NCBI GenBank assembly: GCA_036657515.1
Contig: JAVXGI010000002.1
Span: 45,652-109,651, forward strand
Source of the DNA: Bacilli bacterium
GTDB taxonomy: Bacteria; Bacillota_I; Bacilli_A; RFN20; CAG-826
Direction of reading: 5' to 3'
Length of the DNA: 64,000 nt
Below, piece after piece: positions 47,219 through 55,111 of the stretch. The position numbers and the translations under genes are program-made. Each line of letters starts with the position of its first letter. The stretch's first letter is position 1. Below the pieces are notes generated by a model. That model was not told the DNA's origin, ran no database searches, and was given only the letters and a program-made list of their open reading frames with translations.

Positions 47219-47693
47219 CTTTGTTCATATTGAAAAATTCGCGTCCGATTTGTCTTTGTACTTTATATAACTGTATCTTTTCTAATATTATGTCCGGATT
47301 ACATGAAGCTGAAATTAAAGATTCAAAAGAGTCTAATGCCATATTTTGTATTAGATCTATTCTTGTAAACCCTACTTCGGTTCTATTTATATCACTAATC
47401 ATTCCAATTTCTATATCACCAGGTTTTACATTTAACCTATATATCGGTCGGAAAATAATGCCACAAACTAAAATTCTGTTTAATATAATATTCGATAAAC
47501 ACAACAAATAAACAGTGGTCCCTATACCATGCGAATCAGTTTTCACAGATGAATAGATATAACCTGCTTTATAGTTACGACTCAAACTCCTTTCCATACT
47601 GGGAAACTCTTTAATAGAGAGACCTTCTAGTATGATTTTCTCTTGTTTTGTTTGTTGTTTAGCACATTCGTATTTATAGGGACCAATTTCCAT
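47211..47693 (-). CDS. Orphan 160-aa protein (no family recognised) adjacent to dif
   Basis: Intact ORF with an AGGAGG SD 8 nt upstream. Bracketed by the SD-sequestering hairpin at its 5' end and array R3 at its 3' end. Confidence 0.5.
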   Translation of the reverse strand: MEIGPYKYECAKQQTKQEKIILEGLSIKEFPSMERSLSRNYKAGYIYSSVKTDSHGIGTTVYLLCLSNIILNRILVCGIIFRPIYRLNVKPGDIEIGMISDINRTEVGFTRIDLIQNMALDSFESLISASCNPDIILEKIQLYKVQRQIGREFFNMNKDD

Positions 47694-47724
47694 AAAAATA
47701 ACCTCCTACTATTTAAGTAGGAGG
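47694..47724 (-). terminator. deoB terminator hairpin whose 3' arm is the SD of the orphan gene (copy B of the twin element)
   Basis: On the minus strand, CCTCCTACT-taaat-AGTAGGAGG (9-bp perfect stem), then TTATTTTT, then ATG at 47693. Confidence 0.75.
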
Positions 47725-47759
47725 CAATTTTATTTTTTAGTAAATTATTTTATTTATTT

Positions 47760-48950
47760 TTATAAGATTTCTTTAATTGGCGTTCCAATCATTGTTTTAT
47801 CCGATTTTAATCCTAAATCTTCAAGAACTGTTGCGCCCATATCGGCAAATTGTTGTCTTTCGCCAACATATCTTCCATCTTTGATTTGTTTTGAATAAAC
47901 AATAAGTGGAACTTGTTCTCTAGTATGATCACTTCCAACCCATGTTGGATCGTTTCCATGATCTGCTGTAATCATTAATAAATCAGTGTCACGCATAATA
48001 TCCATTAATTCTTTTAATTGTGTGTCAAATGTCTCGATAGCTTGAGCGTATCCATTATAGTTTCTTCTATGGCCGTATTCACTATCAAACTCAACTAAAT
48101 TAACAAAACATAAACCTTCATAATCGGTTGAAGCAATTTCTTTAATAGTTTTATTCATTCCATCGACATTTGAAATGGTTTTTTGTGTTTGTGAAACGCC
48201 TACATTGTTGAATATATCGGCAATTTTGCCAATACATGAAACTGTATAGCCATTGTTTTTTAAGATATCCATTGCGGTAATTCCAGTTGGATCTAATGCA
48301 ATATCATGTCTATTTGGCGTACGTTTAAACGAATTTTTGTCTTTTCCAATAAATGGTCTTGCAATAATTCTGCCAACTCTATATTCAGGTTTCATACAAA
48401 CTTCTCTTGCAATTTCACAGCATCTGTAAAGTTCTTTAACAGGTATCGTGTCTTCGTGAGCACATAATTGTAAAACTGAATCAGCAGATGTATAAACAAT
48501 AAGTTTTCTTTCGTTCATACATTCTTCACCTAGTTTTTCAAGAATTTCAGTGCCGGAACTTGCATAATTACCTATTAATTCATATCCAGTTTTTTCTTCT
48601 AACTCTTTAATGAGAGCTTCAGGAAATCCCGTGTCTGTGAAAGAAATAAATGGTTTAGTTGTTAAAATACCCATCATTTCCCAGTGTCCAGTCATCGTAT
48701 CCTTACCATTTGAATGTTCATTTAGCTTAAAAGTGTATGAATTAAGATGTTCTGCTTTATCTCCTGATAAATTTGGAACCAAATCCTTAATTCCTAACAT
48801 TCTTAATGTTGGAATTTTGATATTAGGGACCTTTTCGACAATATGTCCAAAGGTATTAGCACCTTCGTCATTGAATTTTTTTGCATCAATGGCATTTCCG
48901 ATTCCTAAGGAATCCATAACAATAATAATAGTTCTTTTATATTTTTTCAT
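47760..48950 (-). CDS. deoB: Phosphopentomutase
   Basis: IVMDSLGIG, GKDTMTGHWE, EFDS.YGHRR, ADHGNDPT motifs. 396 aa. Confidence 0.95.
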   Translation of the reverse strand: MKKYKRTIIIVMDSLGIGNAIDAKKFNDEGANTFGHIVEKVPNIKIPTLRMLGIKDLVPNLSGDKAEHLNSYTFKLNEHSNGKDTMTGHWEMMGILTTKPFISFTDTGFPEALIKELEEKTGYELIGNYASSGTEILEKLGEECMNERKLIVYTSADSVLQLCAHEDTIPVKELYRCCEIAREVCMKPEYRVGRIIARPFIGKDKNSFKRTPNRHDIALDPTGITAMDILKNNGYTVSCIGKIADIFNNVGVSQTQKTISNVDGMNKTIKEIASTDYEGLCFVNLVEFDSEYGHRRNYNGYAQAIETFDTQLKELMDIMRDTDLLMITADHGNDPTWVGSDHTREQVPLIVYSKQIKDGRYVGERQQFADMGATVLEDLGLKSDKTMIGTPIKEIL

Positions 48951-48975
48951 AATTTATACCCTGCTATATTTTAGA

Positions 48976-49860
48976 TTATTTTCTTTTATTATACAAATCA
49001 TAAACATTAAAAATGCGATTATTTGATAAATGTGTGTAAATTTGAGTAGTTTCTATATTCGTATGGCCCAACATTTCTTGAACTAAACGCAAATCAGCAC
49101 CTGCCTCAAGCAAATGTGTCGCGAATGAATGTCTTAATGTGTGCGGCGATATTTCTTTATCTATGTTGGCTATTTTTGCATATTTTTGCATTTTTACGTA
49201 GATATGTTGTCGAGATATTGGCTTTCCTTCATTATTAATAAATAAATAAGGACTTTTCTTTTTGTTGTTGACATCTCGTACCTCTAATATGTACTTATTA
49301 ACCCGTTTTAATGCATAGTTATTAATTGGAACTCTTCTTTGCTTATTGCCTTTACCATAAATGATTACGAAATTTTCAAGAGAATTTATTTGCGTTTTCT
49401 TTAAATTAGTAAGTTCACTTATACGTAATCCACATGAATACATCACTTCTAGCATTGCTTTATCGCAAAGCTCGTCTGGTTTTTCAATATTTGGAGCATT
49501 GAGTAATGCATCAACTTCCTCTATCGATAAAAACGAAGGCAAGTACTTTTCTTTTTTTGGTATTTCAATATTAAGATTAAGTTTATTTTTAACTATTCCT
49601 TCATCTGTCACGAATAAATAGAAATTCTTTATTGTTGAAATCTTTCTTCCTGCTGATGAAGAACTCATGCCTTCAATTAGCATATCTTTTACATAATCAT
49701 TTAAATCAGATTCCAATAAATCATCCGTTGTTTCCTTGCTACTGTAAAATTCGAAAAATTTCTTTAAGTCATTGTTATAGCTTAAAAGCGTATTTAAAGA
49801 TAAGCCCTTTTCGACTTGTAAATACTGTATATATCTTTCAATTGCTTCATTTATTTTCAT
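48976..49860 (-). CDS. xerD: Tyrosine recombinase XerD (RipX-like)
   Basis: [57 protein letters not shown] (R-H-R-Y catalytic set). Adjacent to deoB, as with Bacillus ripX-drm. Confidence 0.9.
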   Translation of the reverse strand: MKINEAIERYIQYLQVEKGLSLNTLLSYNNDLKKFFEFYSSKETTDDLLESDLNDYVKDMLIEGMSSSSAGRKISTIKNFYLFVTDEGIVKNKLNLNIEIPKKEKYLPSFLSIEEVDALLNAPNIEKPDELCDKAMLEVMYSCGLRISELTNLKKTQINSLENFVIIYGKGNKQRRVPINNYALKRVNKYILEVRDVNNKKKSPYLFINNEGKPISRQHIYVKMQKYAKIANIDKEISPHTLRHSFATHLLEAGADLRLVQEMLGHTNIETTQIYTHLSNNRIFNVYDLYNKRK

Positions 49861-51050
49861 TTGTTTTTCTTTAATAGCTCACTAGTTCTCTTTAATTTAC
49901 AAGTCGCATCATTGATATCTTTGTTAAAGCTATCAATGATAGTTTTTGTTTGATCCTTTTCTTCATAATATTTATAATTAAATAACGTCATTTGTGTCAT
50001 GCTGTCGGATTTTTCAGTAAATTTAGATAAAATTACTCCAATTTGCCTAATAGGTTTTTTATTATAAGATCTATCTACTAACTTATTCAATTCATCTTTT
50101 AATAGTAATTTATCATCTGTGGCAAATTTAAGTTTTTGGGCGCATGTTTGAGTAGCAAAATCGGTATATCGATAAGAGATAGTAATTTCTTCAGTAAACA
50201 TTTGTAATTCCAAAAACTTAGAAAAAACATAGTCAAAACAATCAAACAAATAGTTTTTAATTTCGTCTATGTTGTCGATATCGTAAGGAAGAGTTGTTCT
50301 ATTACTTATTGATTGTTGATTATCGTAATACCCTGTTATAACGGTGTTATCAGTTCTTCCTTCTAATGCATTTGTAATATCTTTTGTGTATTCTCCATAA
50401 AATTTCATTATAAATTCATCTTTTGATACGATAGCAGTATATAGATCTTTAATAGTTTTAATATTATGTTCAATTAACTTTGGAGCAGTAGCTTTACCTA
50501 TTCCAAAATATGATCCAACTGGAAGCGGAAATAGTTTATCTTTAATATCAGCTCTTTTTAAAATACTTATACCCATTGGTTTTTTAAGATCTGAGCCCAT
50601 TTTTGCTAAAAACTTAGTGGTTGAAATGCCAATTGAGCATTTCAACCCTGTTTTTTTAAACAAATCCATTTGAATTCCTTTAAAATACTCAAATGGATTT
50701 GCCACGTTTTTAATTGCATCTGTAAAATCAGCAAAACATTCGTCGATGGATGTTTGCTCAACAAGAGGAGTGTATGATTTTATCAATTGAATAAACTCAA
50801 TTGATAAAACTTCGTAGTAGTTAAAATCAACAGGTATTATTATTACGCTAGGACATAGTTCTTTAGCCTTAAAAGTAGGCATACCACTGTGTATGCCAAA
50901 TTTGCGAGCAGCATAAGAACATGTTGAGACAATTCCAGAACGCCCATCTCCGCCAACAATAACTGGTTTGTTTTCAAGGTACGGATTACGAAGTTCTTCT
51001 GCTCTTACAAAAAATGCGTTTAAATCAATGTGCGCAATAATTTTAGCCAT
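49857..51050 (-). CDS. dinB: DNA polymerase IV (Y-family)
   Basis: [29 protein letters not shown] motifs. The TGA stop overlaps the xerD ATG. Confidence 0.93.
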   Translation of the reverse strand: MAKIIAHIDLNAFFVRAEELRNPYLENKPVIVGGDGRSGIVSTCSYAARKFGIHSGMPTFKAKELCPSVIIIPVDFNYYEVLSIEFIQLIKSYTPLVEQTSIDECFADFTDAIKNVANPFEYFKGIQMDLFKKTGLKCSIGISTTKFLAKMGSDLKKPMGISILKRADIKDKLFPLPVGSYFGIGKATAPKLIEHNIKTIKDLYTAIVSKDEFIMKFYGEYTKDITNALEGRTDNTVITGYYDNQQSISNRTTLPYDIDNIDEIKNYLFDCFDYVFSKFLELQMFTEEITISYRYTDFATQTCAQKLKFATDDKLLLKDELNKLVDRSYNKKPIRQIGVILSKFTEKSDSMTQMTLFNYKYYEEKDQTKTIIDSFNKDINDATCKLKRTSELLKKNK

Positions 51051-51080
51051 AATAAAATTATAACTTATTAAAGAGATTAA

Positions 51081-52928
51081 TTAAATATTTAAGAACAAAT
51101 CATCTAAAGATATTTTGAGTTCGTTTAAACCTTCTTCAACGGATTGATGTTCAATCAATTTATTGTCGATTGCAATGGAAATTATTTGTCCTTTATAATT
51201 ATGTTTAATTAAATAATCAATAAATTCGTTATTAAAGCCATTTTTAACCCCATAGACGTTATAAATTATGATTTTCGAGTATTTGACTATCGTTTGATCA
51301 ATAAGGCCGTAATCAAGCGGTTTTTGATATATTGCATTTATTAAATCTACGTTGATATTTGATGAGTTAATTCGTTCTGCAATTTCGTTAATAATAGGAC
51401 CAAAGGAAACTATAACGGTATTAGCTTGTTTTGTCGATTCCATATTCCATTTTCCATAACCTAAATATTCATTTTTGCCACATTCTGTTATCTCACATTT
51501 TGGATATCTAATAACAAAAAGACTTCTTTCTTTCATTGATTCTTCTATTAATGAAGAAATAAGAAATTTGTTACTTGGCATCGAAACACTAGTATTAGGT
51601 AAAGAAATAAAGAAAGATTCATCAAAAATACCATGATGAGTTGGGCCATCATTTCCTGCAAGACCAGCTCTATCTATTAAAAGAGTTAAATTAAAATTCT
51701 TTCGAGCTATATCGTTTGCTATTTCATCAAAAGCTCTTTGTGAAAACGTTGAATATATAGATAAAATTGGATGAATATTAGATAAACACAGTCCAGCTGC
51801 CAAAGAAAACATATGTTCTTCTGCTATGCCGACATCTTTTACCCTTTCTTGGCCAAATCTTTGTATAAATTTTTCGAAGTGGGAACCAACTAATGTTCCT
51901 GGACAAAGCAACATTGTATTATTGTACTTTTCCATTATTTTTTCGATTTGATATGATACTATTTCATTTGAACTATTAGTATTAATATGTTCTGAACATC
52001 CTTTTAAAGGATCGAATTGAGCAACTCCATGATAATAACCATTTTCATCATGCTCAGCTAAAGGATATCCGAAACCTTTTTTCGTTCTTACATGAACGAC
52101 AACAGATTTATTGCAAATCCTTGCTCTTTGAATTGCTGATTCAACTTTTTGTTCGTTGTTTCCATCGATAATTCCGATATAATCCATGCCTAAAGAACTA
52201 AATATATTATTCCTTATAAATAAACCTTTTAGATAATTTTTAATTAAATATGAGCATTTATAGATAAAATTGCCGAACTTTCCTAATTTTAAAATAACTT
52301 TATATCTAGCTTTAAATGAATTATAAAATTTTGAGGTCGATATTTTTGCAAATAATTGTGTAACTGTTCCCACGGATTTTGAAATAGACATACCATTATC
52401 ATTTAAAATAACAATAATTTTATGATTTGCAAAATCTGAATCGTTAAGAGCCTCAAAAGCTAATCCATTAACTATAGATGCATCTCCAATTACGGTGACT
52501 ATGTCATATTTATCGCCATTTAAATCTCTTACTAGTGCCATTCCTAAAGCAGCACTTAACGAGTTTGATGAGTGTCCACTTTCAAAAAAATCATATTTAG
52601 ACTCGTTAATTGAAGGAAAACCGGATATTCCGCCTTTTTGTCTTAAATTTTTTAATGATCTATTAGTTATTAATTTATGTGCATAGCATTGATGACCAAC
52701 ATCAAATAAAATTTTATCCTTATCGAAATTAAATATTCTATGTAATGCAACTGTTAATTCTACTACACCAAGGTTGCTTGACAAGTGACCGCCATTAGTA
52801 GAAACGGCATCTATTATTTGTGCTCGTAAAAAAGAACAATAATTTTTAATTTCTTTTTTTTGTAAAGTATTTATTGTTTTGCTATCAATTTGTTCAAAAT
52901 TTATAATATCTACTAATTTTCTACTCAT
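51081..52928 (-). CDS. dxs: 1-deoxy-D-xylulose-5-phosphate synthase (MEP pathway)
   Basis: GGHLSSNLGVVELT, GDASIVNGLAFEALN, IAEEH, DGPTHHG. Its first 6-7 codons lie inside repeat array R4. Confidence 0.95.
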   Translation of the reverse strand: MSRKLVDIINFEQIDSKTINTLQKKEIKNYCSFLRAQIIDAVSTNGGHLSSNLGVVELTVALHRIFNFDKDKILFDVGHQCYAHKLITNRSLKNLRQKGGISGFPSINESKYDFFESGHSSNSLSAALGMALVRDLNGDKYDIVTVIGDASIVNGLAFEALNDSDFANHKIIVILNDNGMSISKSVGTVTQLFAKISTSKFYNSFKARYKVILKLGKFGNFIYKCSYLIKNYLKGLFIRNNIFSSLGMDYIGIIDGNNEQKVESAIQRARICNKSVVVHVRTKKGFGYPLAEHDENGYYHGVAQFDPLKGCSEHINTNSSNEIVSYQIEKIMEKYNNTMLLCPGTLVGSHFEKFIQRFGQERVKDVGIAEEHMFSLAAGLCLSNIHPILSIYSTFSQRAFDEIANDIARKNFNLTLLIDRAGLAGNDGPTHHGIFDESFFISLPNTSVSMPSNKFLISSLIEESMKERSLFVIRYPKCEITECGKNEYLGYGKWNMESTKQANTVIVSFGPIINEIAERINSSNINVDLINAIYQKPLDYGLIDQTIVKYSKIIIYNVYGVKNGFNNEFIDYLIKHNYKGQIISIAIDNKLIEHQSVEEGLNELKISLDDLFLNI

Positions 52929-52953
52929 AAACTACTACTTAACTACTTTTACT
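52910..52953 (+). repeat. 11-bp phased repeat array R4 (CTACTAATTTT CTACTCATAAA CTACTACTTAA CTACTTTTACT)
   Basis: Exact 11-nt register. The first 28 nt are 26/28 identical to R2. It spans the xseB stop (TAG TAG), a 6-nt gap and the dxs start codon. Confidence 0.8.
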
Positions 52954-53126
52954 GTAATATCTTTGGCTTTTTCAAGTTCATCGCTTACTTCAGCAATAAT
53001 AATTTTTCCTTCTTTATATAGTTTCATCATTTCTTCTAAGCCTATTTCTTCGCTTTGAACTGTTTCCAATATTTCTTCTAAACGGCTAAGTTTTTGTTCG
53101 AAAGTTAGTTCTTTATTTATTTCCAT
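52935..53126 (-). CDS. xseB: Exodeoxyribonuclease VII small subunit
   Basis: 63 aa, FEQKLSRLEEI...LEE..KLY.EG pattern, downstream of xseA. Confidence 0.9.
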   Translation of the reverse strand: MEINKELTFEQKLSRLEEILETVQSEEIGLEEMMKLYKEGKIIIAEVSDELEKAKDITVKVVK

Positions 53127-54351
53127 TCTTTTTCTCCTTAGATATTATATTTGTCTTTATTAAAAAATTAGATGTTTCGATATATAATATATCATTTTCT
53201 TTTAATTTTTCATATTTAAATAAAATCTGCTTATTTTCATCCTTTATTAATGCGAAACCTTTTTTTAATAGTTCATCAGGATTAAATTTGTCGATAATCG
53301 CGTTGTACACATTAATACGATTTGAATAGTTTGCTAATTTATTGTTAATTATTTGATTAAGTTTATCATCTAATGATGTTAATTTATGTATTTCAGCATC
53401 AACAAAGTTAGAAAAATTATAGAAAAATTGTTCTTTAGATAATAATTTGATTTTATTAGACAAATTTTCAATTTGTCTTTTTATAGAACTATTGATATTA
53501 TTTTCTATTACTTTAACATATTCAAGCAGGTCCGTATCACAAGGAACAGCTGCAACAGCAGCTCCGGTTGGAGTGCTAGTTCTCATATCAGCAACAAAGT
53601 CCGAAACTGTTGTATCTATTTCATGTCCAATTGCAGAAATCTTAGGCACAGTTAAGCTGGCAAGAGTTCTAACAACCATTTCGTCGTCAAATGCTGATAA
53701 ATCTTCTTTCGATCCTCCGCCACGACCGATAATTAGTACATCAATTTTATAATTTTTCGTCTTATTTAAAGCTTCAACAATGGAATGCGGCGCATCTTTT
53801 CCTTGCACGAGGCAATCAAATATCAAAATATTAACACGTTTTGTTCTTTTACTGATGTTTTCAACAATATCTGTAACTGCTGCACCAGTTGAACTGGTAA
53901 CAATGGCAACAGTTTGCGGAAATTTAGGTAATGGTTTTTTTCTAGAATCATCAAATAAGCCTTCTTTTTTAAGTTGCTCCATTAATAATTGCTTTTTAAT
54001 CAATTCTTCCCCTAGTCCTGCAGGTGTCATAGCGCTTATTATTAGATTATAAGTGCCTCTTTTATTAAATACGTTAACACTACATATTACATCAACTTGA
54101 TCTCCATCTTTAAATGAATCAAGATTTTTAATTGATGAATACGAAAAAATAACAGCTGAAATAGAAGATTCTTTATCTTTTAAATTAAAAAAATAGTGAC
54201 CTGTTGCACCATTTTTTTTAAAGGATGATAATTCACCCGTCACTTTTATGTTTTTTAGAAAATAAGCACCATCAAAAATTTCTTTTATTATGTTATTAAC
54301 TTGAGAAACACTCAGCTTTTCTTTTGTTATATCAATATTAGAATCAATCAT
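53113..54351 (-). CDS. xseA: Exodeoxyribonuclease VII large subunit
   Basis: N-terminal OB fold (SVSQVN..IK..), GRGGGS.EDL.AFDDE, long coiled-coil C-terminus. Confidence 0.93.
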   Translation of the reverse strand: MIDSNIDITKEKLSVSQVNNIIKEIFDGAYFLKNIKVTGELSSFKKNGATGHYFFNLKDKESSISAVIFSYSSIKNLDSFKDGDQVDVICSVNVFNKRGTYNLIISAMTPAGLGEELIKKQLLMEQLKKEGLFDDSRKKPLPKFPQTVAIVTSSTGAAVTDIVENISKRTKRVNILIFDCLVQGKDAPHSIVEALNKTKNYKIDVLIIGRGGGSKEDLSAFDDEMVVRTLASLTVPKISAIGHEIDTTVSDFVADMRTSTPTGAAVAAVPCDTDLLEYVKVIENNINSSIKRQIENLSNKIKLLSKEQFFYNFSNFVDAEIHKLTSLDDKLNQIINNKLANYSNRINVYNAIIDKFNPDELLKKGFALIKDENKQILFKYEKLKENDILYIETSNFLIKTNIISKEKKNGNK

Positions 54352-54752
54352 AATGCAGCGTCTAATAAAGCGTTAATAAATTTGTATTCTTTCTCTCCAT
54401 CGTATTTTTTAGAAAGATCAACGGAAATATTTATTACTGCTACTTTATCGATATCTCCTACATATTTATAAGATGCATATGCAAAATATATAATACACTT
54501 AGTGACTTCTGATAGACGTGAAAATTTCCAATTTTTTAAAAAAGGAGTTACCATTTCTTCTATCTCGTTTTGATTTTTTATTGCTTGTAATGAAACAAGT
54601 TTGATATGTAAATCACTATTTTCAAATGTTTCTTCTGTATGCAACTCAACAATTTCTTTAAAATCAACTGCTTGTTTTGCATCTTTTAAAGAAACACATG
54701 AATAAATGATGCTAAATATAATCTCGTTAGCTTTATTTCTAGATATTTCCAT
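54348..54752 (-). CDS. nusB: Transcription antitermination factor NusB
   Basis: 134-aa helical protein in the asp23-nusB-xseA position, as in Bacillus yqhY-nusB-(folD)-xseA. Confidence 0.8.
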   Translation of the reverse strand: MEISRNKANEIIFSIIYSCVSLKDAKQAVDFKEIVELHTEETFENSDLHIKLVSLQAIKNQNEIEEMVTPFLKNWKFSRLSEVTKCIIYFAYASYKYVGDIDKVAVINISVDLSKKYDGEKEYKFINALLDAAL

Positions 54753-54755
54753 ATA

Positions 54756-55094
54756 TTATTTAATAATGTGTTCGACTCTTACTTTTATCTTAAAAGGAAC
54801 TTGTTCCAAAAGAGAAATAAGATCTTCTGCTATTGATTTTTGAATAGCTGAACATGTTTCTTCAACATTATAGCCTTTCTTTATGTCTAAATTGACTTTA
54901 ATCTCAGCTTTTCCTTCATGAATTGAACAAGAAATACTCTTGTTCAGTTGAAAAATATTGGTATATTTATGCTGAGCTTTAGTTACAGCTGCCATTTTTT
55001 CAACAGAACCAGAGGCAATTTGTTCAATAACCTTAGTAGAAACGAATAATTTGCCATTTCTAGAATAATTATTAATACTTAAATATGATGCCAT
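54756..55094 (-). CDS. Asp23/Gls24-family envelope stress protein (YqhY-like)
   Basis: 112 aa. ..VIEQIA..V..V.. N-terminus and V.V.V.HI C-terminus typical of Asp23. Supported by synteny. Confidence 0.8.
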   Translation of the reverse strand: MASYLSINNYSRNGKLFVSTKVIEQIASGSVEKMAAVTKAQHKYTNIFQLNKSISCSIHEGKAEIKVNLDIKKGYNVEETCSAIQKSIAEDLISLLEQVPFKIKVRVEHIIK

Positions 55095-55111
55095 AACTAA
55101 TTCTCCTTTTA

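Noticed and set aside
47211-47693. A PilZ-like c-di-GMP binding motif in the orphan (RSLSR ... NRTEVG).
   Set aside because: The RxxxR and (D/N)xSxxG-like strings are about 75 residues apart, against about 20-30 in PilZ domains, and the second string does not fit the consensus. This is probably coincidence.
47022-47759. The orphan gene as a complete Xer-integrated element (IMEX).
   Set aside because: Dif and the dif-like fragments all lie on one side of the gene. No dif-like sequence is present in the 47694-47759 gap, so the gene is not flanked by attachment sites.
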